From assembly GCA_036172245.1 (NCBI GenBank), contig JAYWIR010000005.1, positions 6,076,001 to 6,140,000 of the forward strand: DNA of 64,000 nt. Direction: 5' to 3'. A program made the position numbers and the translations under genes. The notes under the pieces were generated by a model that searched no databases, was not told the DNA's origin, and saw only the letters and a program-made list of their open reading frames with translations. The stretch is from Raillietiella orientalis. Its lineage: Eukaryota. Shown in pieces: positions 42,201-54,300 of the stretch (positions are counted from its first letter, which is position 1; each line of letters opens with the position of its first letter).

Positions 42201-44039
42201 CAGCCTCTCCTTGCAGTTGCCGAGGCAAACTGGCGCAGCTGGTTGCGGCGCCAGGGTGCGCGCAGCCCTGCCCTGGAGTCTCTGCGTGAGCTGGCTGAGG
42301 TCTTCTCCGTCGGGGTACGTGAGCCTTTCCGGCCGCTCTCGGAAGACGCGGCCGGCCCGCGGTCCCGGGACTGCGGTACTGTCCAGTCAGACGGACGTTC
42401 CCTTGGCTCCGCCTTCGCACGCTCGAGCGGGGCCGCCTTCCTGGCAACGCCGCCCGCGAGGCTTCGTGAGCGCGGAGGAGGGCCTGAGGGCAGGCCTTCG
42501 AAGAGCGGCGCCGAACTATGCGGGATGTTTCGATTCCCTTTGATCCTTTCCGGGTCACGCCTTCCCACAGAAACAGGGGGGATCTCAGAGACCCCCATGC
42601 TCGTCTTCATACGGCTTGAAAGTAGGAAGGTGCCTTCTTCTCCGGGGAAGGGGGGGGGGAACGGCAGGGTCGTGAGGAATCGCCTCTCCCAGCCCTTCGA
42701 CTCGGCGAATCCCCTGCTCGCTGGGCGCCGGACGGTGTCCATGGAGGGGCTGGCACGGATCTGGAGGGGGGGGGGGTGCGGGGCGTCCCTGGCAGGCAAG
42801 GAGACAACGGCAGTAGCAGCAAAATGGAGGTCGAGGGCGGGGAGCTGGGAGGAGTGCCGAGAGCCGCCTCTGGCGGGAGACATGGAGTTGTTCCCGGCGG
42901 ACGTCCGCGGCGCCACCGCCTCGCAGCTTATCCCGGGAACCACTCGGTCCGGCGCTCCCGTCCTCGACCGACCACGAGCGTGGAACCGAGGGGTCGACGG
43001 GGTCATCCGATGGACTAGTCACCTTCCTCCGTCCTTCCGCTGCCAGCCAGCTCGGGACGAGGGACCACGGGAGAGGACAGGGCGAAGGGGCGAGAAGGAA
43101 GGTCCCGGACGAACGGCGTAGCCTTCGGAGATCGCCCTCTGTGCCGTTGGCGACCACGTCGTTGGGTCACCTTCCTCCCTTCGAGCTGGTCGACCTCCAG
43201 GTGGCGAGACGTTCGGGAAGTGCGAGGGCGCTGACCACTCCGCAGAGGTCAGCCGCTTTGACTGAGCCTGCTGAGGAAAGGTGCGGAAAGGGGGCAGGAA
43301 AGAAGTTCAGAGAGCGTCCGTTCGGCGCTTCCGTCCGGGAATCGGAAATGCCCTCTCCCCCTAGGGGGACTCTTCCAGGCGAAACGACACCGAAGGGTTC
43401 TCCGAGGAAGTTGCGGAGGAATCCTTCCACGCGCCGAGAGCGCCTGCCGGCCCTCCTCCCCTTCGAAGGACCACCCGGGTCAGGAGCATGCGGTTGTGAG
43501 TGTGTGTGGGGGAGTCGGCCCGGATGCTTCCGCGCGCGTCCGCCTCGTTCGGGCTCGGCCCACTGCGGTGCAATCCCCGCGTTCGAGGTTCCGGTTGAAG
43601 GTCGTCGCTAGGAGCCTCCCGGCTTGCAGCGAGAGGGCGCGAGGACAGGCCACTGTGGGTTCTCCGTATTCCGGCGGAAGGAGACGGTGTGTCTTCTGCG
43701 CAGCGACCACCGTGTGCAAGGACCTTCCTGCCCCCCCTTCCACGATCTCGAGGACCGCCAATCGTGGGATGACTCACGGGGGATGGGGGGGGAGCTGCCC
43801 GCAGGCGACAGCGAGCACTGCGGGACTTCCCCAGAACCCGCAGAAGGTCGTGGGTGAGGACTGAGTCGAGGGCGACTCCCCAGCTTCCTATCTCTGCGTG
43901 TGCTCGGGCCAGGAGGAAACCTCCTGAGGGTCCGAGAGGGTGTGGCGCTTGATTGTCCTGTGGGGGTCTCATGTGGGATCCTTGTGTCTCCGGTACCATC
44001 CGCAGAGGTCCCTGCATCGAGCTGGAGCTCCACTGGTGC

Positions 44040-44203
44040 TCGTCACGTGACGATGGCGTACGAAAGCGTCACAACGTGACACAGGCATGGCACAAGGAAT
44101 GAGCGCGTCGGCAACCGCCGAGACGTCACGCGGACTGCGCGCCAGCAGTTGCGCCGGAACGTGAAGGGTTCAGTTCTTCGTTGCCAAGGGGAACCTTGGT
44201 GAC
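44040..44203. promoter_or_regulatory. Motif cluster: palindromic CLEAR/USF-type E-box, CRE-like site, Inr-like TCAGTT and X-box-like site
   Basis: tcgtcacgtgacga (44040-44053), gacgtcac near 44122, TCAGTT 44170-44175, GTTGCCAAGGGGAAC 44180-44194. Confidence 0.4.
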
Positions 44204-44337
44204 GGCACTCAGGCATCGTAAGAAATAGAACTCAGGTGGTCAGGTCCAGCGGAACAGGCAGATTAGGGATGGGGGTGGTGTCGGCGGCTGTTGGAAAGGC
44301 ACGCCCAATGGCTGGTGAGATGCCAGCAGCTGCGTCT

Positions 44338-45065
44338 CTCAGATGGTTTCGACGGCTCAGAAGCAGGCGGTTTTCTCGAGGGAGAGCAACCAGGCCCGTG
44401 TCGGAGGCCGTGCGTGACACCACCAAGCGTCGTGGTTTCGAATCTCACCCAAGGAAGATCGACTCCAGAGAAATGAGGTGGTGCGTCGTGGGTTTGGAGT
44501 CCCCCCCCCCCCCGTAAGGAGATGACGCTGGTTGGCCTGTAGACTTCGGGTGTGGCACTGGTGGAAACTGAAGAACCGGATGTCCCGTTGACTGGCCGGG
44601 ATTGACCCTCCGGCGTTCTTCCAGAAATCAAGGTACCCTTCGGGGTCACCCTCCGGTTGTGAAATTGGGACTCTCCCTTACTTCCCTCAGAAAGGGGGAT
44701 CCTCCATCTGGTACCATGGAGCTCGTGGATCGACATTCCTCCAGAGTAGGAGGAAGCGCGCCGTTCCCTTCGGGGAGCGTTTCTTCAGGAAAAATTGGGA
44801 AGCTTCCCTTCGGGGTTCTCTTCAGAGCAGGAGGAAGCGAGGAGCGTATCTTCTACGGCCCACAAACCGGGAGAGGCCCTCCGGAGACAACCAAGGCGAG
44901 GGTTCTCTTCGGGGTTCCTTCCCAGGCGCGAGAGGAGCGGACTCCTTCCTCCACAACCCTTCCTGGATTCATAGGGTGGTCCCCTCCCGGGGGACCTCCT
45001 ATCTTGAGCAGTTCACCCATGGGTGGCGTGGGCCAGCGTCAGAGATCTTCGTGAGCCTCCAGGAC
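44338..45065. repeat. Arm A of a diverged inverted duplication (partner 47128-47849)
   Basis: 44821-44846 ttcagagcaggaggaagcgaggagcg is the exact reverse complement of 47409-47434; collinear blocks continue on both sides. Confidence 0.9.
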
Positions 45066-47127
45066 TTCTAATCAAGAAGACGCCGGAGGAGAAGAAAAAA
45101 GAAGGGGGTGGGTGGGTAGAAGTGGACCACAGGATGCTAAGTCCAGAAGTGCAAAAGTGATTTTACATCGGAGTGATCGGCTTGTTGGAGGATGACGGGT
45201 TAAGGAATGTGGTCTCCACTGGGCAGCAGGAACAGCACGTCCTCCTGGTGCGAGGTCCGGTCAGTCGTCGATGGGTGGCATCTGGGCAGGGAGGCGTGAC
45301 CTTGCTGGCTCCAGGGGTTGTGCTCTATATGGATGGTCAAGGGTGGTGCGCGTTCCGTGCGCGCGAAAGGTCACTGGTGAAGAACCTACTCATTCGCGAT
45401 AGGGAGAAACGTTAAGGGGAAAAGGGAGGGAAAGCAGAGGTGACTGGGGTTCTGAATGCAGGCATCCTCTGCAGCAGAGCGAAAGCAACGGGATGCTGCG
45501 ACCAGGACTTCGTCCACGATGGAAAGTGGGAATCCGAAGCTCAGATCGGTGTCACGTGGGGTACGACGTAGTGGGGGGTCTTTACGGGATGCGCTCTTAA
45601 TACACAAAAAATGGGGCTTCATTTCGGGGGTGACGATCCCATTTTGCTAAGGCTAATTAATAGTTTTTGATCATTAATTAATCTTATTAATTGATGCTGA
45701 AATGTATTAACCACATTTAATTATCCATGTGGTAGGGAGATATCGCAGTGGGCAACACAGAAGTTTCGGCCTAGGACAGCGTTGGTCAAAAAGCGATCAC
45801 GGGCGTGAAATGGGGAATTCTGGCAAACAACTGGTCCAGCGGATGTGGAAGGGTTAGAAGGAGGGGGACGAGATGTACCTTCAAGAATTTCACTCGCAAG
45901 ATGCCTCTAGAGGACGTTTTCGCGCGATGGTCAGCATGCGAACAGCGCTGTTCCCGTCTCTGCCTCCCTCAACTGCAAAGGGATCCAGGCACGGGAGTGG
46001 CGAGGTCGCAGGCATCGCTCTGCGCGCCTTCGCGTAGCGAGGGAAAGTCCCGGGCTGGACGATGGTGACTTCCCCCACTGGGTCGCTGCGTCCGAAGCAC
46101 GTCCTTCTGACTTTCAGTCTTGTGCTTGCGCCGCCGGAGGCCACCCGCATCTCTGCGCGCCTCAGCTCCTTCCTTCTTACTTTCTGAGAAGAGAGAGCAT
46201 TTGAAGCACTCCCGGTTTGCTTGCTGAAGGAAGAGAGAGAGCCTGTGGTCCCCGTGCGCTGCGTGTATCTTTGGGACGCTCCAAGCTCCCACCCCTCCTC
46301 CTTCTACAGAGCACGCTCCGTCCGGGCTGGTCGGAGCGGGCCGCTCTCAGGTCGCATCTGCGTTGCGTCTTCCCGATTGGCAGGGTGGCCCCGCGGTTCT
46401 GCTAGGACTGAGCGTGTTCGTCCGGAACGCAGGGGAGTCAGCTACCATCTCCACGTCCTGGATCCACGCATCGAGCTTTCGCCTCCGGGAAAACAGCATT
46501 CCGGAAAGAGGAAGGGACCTCCACGGACTGCTGCGGGGGTCCGGCAGCATCCCAGCGGAGCAAAGGCAAAGACGTACTGATCACATGCGCCTCCCGCTCT
46601 GGAGCGCCCAGCTTTGATGCAATCGAGTTTCCCTTGGAGGAATCCCTGCCGTCCCTCATTACTTGAAGCGGACCATCCCAGTCTTGTGAGGCCGGAGAGG
46701 CAGTTGGCATTCTCGACGGCTGACTGCCTGCAGCTAAGGTATCAGCCATTCCTGAAGGAACCGGGCAGAGATGATAATCCAGGATGACCAGGGTCCTCCT
46801 GAAGGAACAGCGGTTTCATCGCGTATCAGCTCGAAGAAATACATTCAAGGTGCGGGCGCCATCATCGACATCTCTATTCCTTTCGGATGAGACATTCTCA
46901 GCACAAATATTTCTTCCATATGTTCCTGCTTCCCTGGTCTCATCTTGAAGGAAGAGCTGCCCACATTCCAACGATGCGGAGGCAAAGCGAGGTCACCCAG
47001 TAGGCATCAAGGAACGGGCCGTTCCAAAGGATGATGGAAATCCTTCTGGGTTCTTCTGTTTCGCTGCTTCCCTTCCCGCTTTTTTTGTCTGGTTCGAAAG
47101 GAGTGCTGAACAACCGTTCGCCTCTTC

Positions 47128-47849
47128 AGGGGACCCACGAAGCTCTTTGACGCTTTCCACTCCACCTAAGGGTGTGTGTAGTAGCTCTACAAGTTAGAGG
47201 GTATCCCGGGAGGGGACCGTTCTATGAACCCAGGAAGACTCCGGAGGAGTTCCTCTTACGCTTGAGAGGGAACCCGAAGGGAGAGTCTCTCTTCCTTATT
47301 CTCTCCGAAGGGACCCTCAGAGGGGCCACTCCTCGTTTCTTATCCGAAAGGAACCCGGAAAGGATCCACTCCTGGAATTCCTTCCCCGGAGAAAACCTGC
47401 AAGGGAATCGCTCCTCGCTTCCTCCTGCTCTGAAAAAATTCCCGAAGAGACGCTTCTTAATTTTTTCTAAAGAACCTTCTCCCCGAAGGGAGCAGCGTGC
47501 TTCTTCACACTCTGGAGGAGTGTCGATCCACCAGCTCCATAGTATAAGGATCCCATGAAAGATTCCTTCTCTAGGGGGGAAGGAAGAGTCCCATTCTCAC
47601 AACCAGAGCATGACCTCGAAGGGCTCCTTCTGGAAGAATGCAGGAGAGTCCATCCCGACCAGCCCACAGGGGCATCCGGTTCTTCAGCTTCCACCAGTGT
47701 TGCACCGAAGTCTACAGGACAACTAGCGTCATCTTGCGGGAGGAACCCCAATTCACGGCATGGGATTCGAAACCCGCGACGCACGGTGGCGCCGCGCGCG
47801 GAGGCCGTAGCCGCAGACCCGAGGTCGCTTCTGTCCGCGAAACCCTGAA
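47128..47849. repeat. Arm B of a diverged inverted duplication (partner 44338-45065)
   Basis: Blocks such as actctggaggagtgtcgatccaccagctccat and catccggttcttcagcttccaccagtg...ccgaagtctacaggacaactagcgtcatct match the reverse complement of arm A with scattered substitutions and indels. Confidence 0.9.
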
Positions 47850-48973
47850 GTCCACTCGAGGACGCCTTTGCCTCGGCTATGCGGAGGTGCGTGGTCCTCC
47901 CGGATCGAGTTGACGAAGGGAATGCCGAGAAAGGGGATTCGCTCCACCCGATCTTGTCGGCGCGACCCGGACGGCGGAGTGGAGGACAGTGGACGCCACG
48001 CGCTGCTCATCCAGCAGGTCACTTACGCCGCGTGCCGACTGTCACCGTCAAGAGAATCCAACCCGACCGACTGGCGTCTGCGCACGAACGCCTGGAGAGA
48101 CCTGACATTCCCGCAACCCGGCTGGAGCAGAGTCTGTCTGCTAAACGATCTCTTGCTGTTGGAGCCGCCCAGCGCGCTCCCACGGCACCCGCGAGCAGGC
48201 AAAGTCGCGGGTCAGGCGTGAAGCGGCGATGCCCTGAGGTTCAAGTGACAGGGGGGTAGGGGGTGAACGCCATCTGACCACCATCTGCGACCTGCGAGCC
48301 TTCGCCACAGAACCGATACGAGGCAGTTTCCCTGCCGTTTCCCCCGCAGGAGGGCTCCAGGATGCGAGCAGGTGAAGAAGGCGGCGGGGCCCCAGGGCGC
48401 GGAGCCCGAAAGCACGGGAGGCGTCGGAGACGCCCACGGCAACCAACGTTCGGAACCGAGGAGCGGGGAATAGGAAGGGTGGAGCCGTCGGTGGTGATTC
48501 GACCTTTCTGGCTCCTCCGGCAAGAGGATCCGGGAGTTGGGGCCTCCCCGCAGCGTCGCCCCGGAGCGGCAGTAAGGATCGGGAACGCCTGGTCCCGGGA
48601 CGAAAGCAGCGGAAAACACCCTCGAGCGGAGCGGTCTCAATCGCCCTTTTTCCCCTATCAGAGTGCCGCGCCTGCGGGCATCTGCAGGTCGCCTCTCCTT
48701 CCTCCGCACCGCAGTGCCTGAAGCTGGTGTAGGTCCATCCCGCTCGCCTCTTCGGTTCTCGTAGGATGACGAAGCCGGAAAGAGGACCCGGGAAGTGCAC
48801 CATCGGGTGCCGGATCGGTTCGCCGCCGCGCCCGACGGCGATCCGAGGTCACCGTACCAGCCTGCGGTCCGAGAGACGGAGAAAAGTACCACTCTGCTTG
48901 TCTCCGTGGTGGAACCTGCCAATCAGATTGCTTCCGGGCGGATGTGCTCACGCGTCGCAGAACGCATCCGCGT

Positions 48974-48987
48974 GTTGCTAAGGCAAC
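48974..48987. promoter_or_regulatory. RFX X-box motif
   Basis: GTTGCTAAGGCAAC, near-perfect palindromic X-box. Confidence 0.45.
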
Positions 48988-51302
48988 GAAGCGCTCTGAG
49001 ACTCCGTGCGCCTTGACGCATTTCAACGAGAAACTACAAGTGCAGGCAGAGGCTGCGGACGGAAGGACGCCGCCAAGGGCGTCCTTCTCCGAGATCCCGC
49101 CATAAGCGTCGAGGTCCCAGTCCCTCACTTTTGCTGAGGACACTTTTTCGGCAGCGGCACCCGGGTCGCCAGTGCTACCGCGGGGGGGGCATCGGAAACC
49201 GCTGTTCCGAGCTGTTCCGCAGCTGTGTGCTGCTACTTTTCCAGGAGTCCATCATCCGGGCGCAGACGGGCGCAGAGAGAGCCCGGGGACGCCTCACGGC
49301 ACCCGAGGGTCCAGAGGCTGGATCAGTAGGCTCTGCACCCGCCTCCGGTCGAAAGTCGCCGCTGCCATCGCTGCGGGCTGCACCCCCTCGAGGAATCGCG
49401 CCTTTGTATCTTGGGGCAGGGTCTCTCTGCTTCGCCTCCCGCCCTAAGGAGCGCCGCCTGAGGAGGCAGCTTCAAAGTGCTTGCTCCGCAGCGGCAGACT
49501 TCCTCCTCCCTCCGCTCCCGACCAGACGCCCGATCCGGTGTCGTGTCCCCCCCCCCCCGGGCGGTGTGAGACCCTCTACTTCCATTCCCTCTTCGAGGAT
49601 ACGGCAAGGGAGAAAATTGCGTGACCCACCCTCTGTGAACCCGCTGCTCGAAAAGCGGCGAGGACCCCTGCATCTCCCCCACGACAGGGTTCGCCCCTTT
49701 CCCCTCCCGCCAGCACGCAAAGAACATGCAAGCTGTGGCTGCACGCACTCCCCTCCAGTGCATGGGGGGTCCGGAGGCTTCCTGCTCTTCTTTCCTCGTG
49801 GAGCAGGAGGCAGGTCGACTGAGCACCGTGCAGGCCACTATGGAGTCGCCCTCTCACCCCCGTCCTCCGCCGCCTCGGGCTTCTCAGAACTGGGGTGAGG
49901 TGGGACGCGCGACTCGAATCTTCCGGGTTTCCTCTCCCACACGGCTGGAAAGAAAGCCCTCCCATTCGTCCTGTCCAAACGCAGACGGCAAGGTGGCCCA
50001 GGACTCCTCCGCTCGGGTGGCGACCGTCGTCTCCTCTGTCGCTTGGGAGCGGCCAGCGGAGGGGTGTGCGAGATCTTCCTGGAGCTTGAGCGACGGATGC
50101 CGACGGGGGGAAGGGGACGTGGAGGTTTTGCACGGACTTTGGTCGGACGATCCGCTCCCCCCCCTCTTCGGCCTCCTCTTGAGACACCTCGGCGTTGCTT
50201 GCAACCCACTCTGCAGCCTTGGCGCCGGCATCCATTTGCCCGCCCCACCGGAGGCGCACCTGGAAGATGAGCGTCCGACTCTGACGGATGCTGGCGAACC
50301 GCTCGCTGCCGAAGGGGGAGGGGGGCCTTCTGCTCCCCGCTCACTGCCGTGTTTTACGGGAGAAGACAGAACGCTGCCCGAAAGTCCTGCGAGCTTTCTG
50401 CCTCCCTCCCTCCTTAGCCGTTTCCTTGGCTACCGATCGGGTTGGGAGGAAAATCGAAGGTCCCGTCACCATGGGGGGAGCCAAAGGTTGTGGCGCTGGC
50501 GTCCCGAAGGCGCCGCCAGCTTCGCCAGAGGCTGCGGGCTTCGAAGGAGGCAACCCACATCTTCCTGCCCCCCACCGTTTCGGGGTTGCAACGTGGGCAA
50601 AGATCTACTTTTTTATTGCTAGGTGGTCAACAGTGGCGAAGCGAAGGCGTGGCTTTCTTGGTGTGTGGTGGATTCCTGGCACCACGTGGAGGGAAGGGGA
50701 CGTTCCACGTGGGATTTGCAATCAACTGTTGCTCACATCTCGCCTGCATCCCCACCCCCCACCCCAGTTCCAACCGTTACTAAGCTACGAAGGGACGAAT
50801 GCGCTGACATGATCCGCGGACCAGGCCTCGCTGGCGGACCAGGTCTCGTTGCGCTGGTACAGCAGAAGCAACGAGCGGACGGATGGTGGTATCGACGGTT
50901 CGGTTCACCCTGGTCCTTGTCGAGTCTCCTCCCTAGAAGGCGCTCCCCTTGAGCACTTCTGCGGGCAGGCATCGGTCGTATCACGTGGTCGAAAGGTTCG
51001 CAAGTCTTCTGGGTTCTCTATTTCTTTCTTCTCTCGAAGTTCGGAACCCTCTCTCGTTGTCCGGGACGTTCGTAGGAGGGAAAAAAAAAAAAAAAAAAAA
51101 AAAAGGCGGTTTGTATGATACAACGGTTCAAACAATTGCTTTTAGGCTCCGTCGCTAGATGGCACGCCGCATCGCTCTGCCAGACTGTAAGACGTTACGT
51201 GCTCCTGAGGGGGAGAGAGAAAAAGAAGCAATAGGATCAAGATTCTGTGTAGTGGCAATCTATCCTGGGAGGGAGTGCCCGAAAGCGTTCCCTCTGGATC
51301 AT

Positions 51303-54300
51303 TCAACGATAGGGAAGGTCCCTTTCGTGACATGGAGACCGACATGCCTCCTTCTGTCCCTCCGCTCTTTTCCCGCTTACGTACTCTTGCACCCTCTGTA
51401 TCTCCTCCAGCTCGCGGTGGGCTTCGGCGGACCTGCAATCCAGCCGCAGGGCCTGATTGGCGGCCTCGCGCGCTTCCTCAAGTTTCTAAAGAGGGGTGGG
51501 GAAGGACAGTAGATCAAGAACCGGTTCCCGGATTGCGACCCGCTCCCGACCCACACTAACGTTCATTTCTCTCTTGCACCGGGACAGAGAGACAAAGAGG
51601 TCGCGCTTCAGCCTCAGGGACTCCTGCCGCAAAGGATCTGCGTCTTCCAGGATGGCGAACTTCTTGAGGGCGTACTGGAAGCGGCAAGCCGCATCCGCTG
51701 GCTGGAGCTTGGTTAGAAGGGTCAGTCCGTCCTCGTGGAGTTTCCGGAGCAGCAGATACCTAGGAATAAGAACCGGTGGTGGCAGGAAGTCACTCTCCCA
51801 CCGGTTTCCCGGCGCCGCAGTTGGCTTACAGAATTTCCGGTTTCCCGGCCGCAGCGGTCCACGTGGTCTGTCCGAGTCTGGCTCCCTTTCGGAGGAAATA
51901 CTTGACGAGGGGGACGTGCCCGAAGGCTATGGATCTGTCCAGGGGTCTCATCCCGTGGACGTCGGTCTTCTCTATCTGCGCTCCTCTTCCGATCAGGAAC
52001 TGGGAGAGAGGCAGGAAAGTTGCTGACCGATACCCCCGCACGGACGTGACCTACCTGCACGATGCCGAAATCTCCCTTGACGATGGCCAGGGACAAGGGA
52101 GTCCTGCCCACCTTATCCACGTGGTCGATGTCCGCTCCCATCTCCACCAGGAACTTGCATACGATCGAGTGACCTCTGAGGCACGCGCAGCCCAAGGCCG
52201 TCAAGCCTTCTCGGTCCTGGTGGTCGAGGTCACTGCCTGCAAAAGACCGAAGCGCTGCCGTCCACGGGGATGGAAAGAAAGGACGCGAGTGGTGCGAGGA
52301 AGGTGGGACAGAGAAGGCTGCCTCCAATGGGCGGAGGAGGCATCCCTGTCTCCCTCCTCGTGACCTTCACTCCTGACCTTTACTGAGCAATGTCTCGACG
52401 ATCCCGATGTGACCTTTTTCTGCGGCGAAAAGCAGCGCGGTTCTGCCCGAAGCATCCGTCTGGTCGACGAGCGCCTCCCATTGCAAGAGCAGCTCCACGA
52501 TCTCCCAGTGACCCTCCCTGGCCGCCAAGACGAGGGCGGGAGACTCGCCTGATGTCACGTCGCAACCGCCGCGCTGGAGCAGGGCCGCACAGATGCGCTG
52601 GCGGCCCGCGCGGGCAGCGCTGCCTAGTGCGGACTCCTCCGACACCACACCGTTGACGTCGACGTCGGTCACGTCCAGCAAGAACTCCACGACCTGGAAA
52701 CGTCGCTCTTCGGAGAACGATCGGCGACGGGGACTCTCCAACCCTCCCGAAGGGGAGAGGAGGAGGGAGGGGGAGAGAAGAGCCAGAATTACCTGAAGGT
52801 GATCGTTAGCCGCCGCCAGGCACAGGCACTGCTGGAGGACGTCACGGAAGAGCCTGGGTCCAGGGGTCCACGGACACGATAGGAGGAAGCTGACGACGGG
52901 GAGGTGGCCCTTGGATGCCGCGTGCACCAGAGAGGAGTGCCCCGTGTCGTCTTCCTCCGCCATGTTTGCCCCGGCCTCCATCAGGAACTTGACCATGTTC
53001 AGGTGCCCAGCCCGGGCCGCCAGGGATAGAGGGGTTGCTCCGCGGTTGCTGCGGAGGTTGACGTTGGCGCCGAACTCCAGCAGGCAGGCCGCCATGTCGA
53101 GGAAGCCTTTAGCGGCGCAGACGTGTAGCAGGGGGGCATCTCTGGCGGTGCAGGCGTCCGGGTCGGCGCCGGAGGCGAGGAGCAGGCGCGACGTCTGGAA
53201 AAAGAGGGAGTAGGTTACGTGACGTAGCGCGCGCGCCTCATACGCCGAGGTCCGGAAACTGTGCGTTTTTCGGGCTCGCCAGGGCGCTGGTGGTGCTCAG
53301 GGACGCCGAAACCAGCCAGAGGGACTGCAGGTCCTCGTCATCTTCGGGATCTTGGTTCCCGCTGAAGACCTTGGCCTGCAGGATGTGATGGGCGAGAAGG
53401 AGCGTCTTGTCCGCTTCCAGGGGAGCCTCCACGCGGCTGAGCCTCAGAGCGATGTAGGCGTGGCCCAGACTGGGGTAGGGAAGAAGACACGACTCACTTC
53501 GCAGGAAGAGGTCTCTGCGCGGGGCGCATCCCTACGCTGCGTCTGCTCCCCCGCGCGACGATGACGGACGGGAAGCAGGGTGGGCTGCCCCGGGCAACTC
53601 CAGTGCCAAGAGGGTCGTCTTCTGTGCTTCCTTCCTAAGGTTGCGGAGGTGCACCCTTCGACAAGAGCGCGGCGGAGGAGCACAGCACGTGGAGCACTGC
53701 GCGGCGGAGCAGACGCATCCGCGCGTGCGTCAATGATCGACTAAAGGAGCAGGGAGAGACCGGACGGAACGGCAGGATCCGACCGTCGAGATTTCAGTCA
53801 CGCGTAGGTCCAAGCGGGTGCTTTTCTCGTGCTCACAGATGCGATCGGCTGGGCTCCCTCGGGAGCGCGAAGGGTAGATGGCAGGCGAGGCGACTTTCCC
53901 GATGCGTTTCCACAGCCTCACCTCGCCACTGCCGCAACCGACCGGTCCCGGTTTCTCTGGCAACGGCGAAAAAAGCCGACGCTCTTTCCTCCCCTTCCGA
54001 GAAGCTGCGCCTCGACTTGCTCGAAGAGCGATCCGAGTTCTTCCAAGCGTCTTGCTCTTCCTTTCCGGGGACGGAGATGGTCTGCGCCCGCATCGTCTCC
54101 GCGCTGTCCCGAGCACGTCCTAGGCTTGCGGCCCGAGGGCGCCACCTTTCCACACCGGAAACGAGTGAACCGCAGAGGGCTCCCTCGACCTTCATCGGAA
54201 AAACTGGGCCTCTTTCCCGGTCAGATCTGAAGGAGGGATGCAAACAAGCCAGCGGGCCGCGAACAAGGAACCCGACCCATCTCTGCATACCTCGAGTTGC

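Noticed and set aside
39500..43900. Long ORFs including 41739-43121 (460 aa) and 39583-40578
   Set aside because: No recognisable domain, non-ATG starts and overlapping antisense ORFs; treated as GC-driven noise, although orphan exons cannot be excluded without RNA data.
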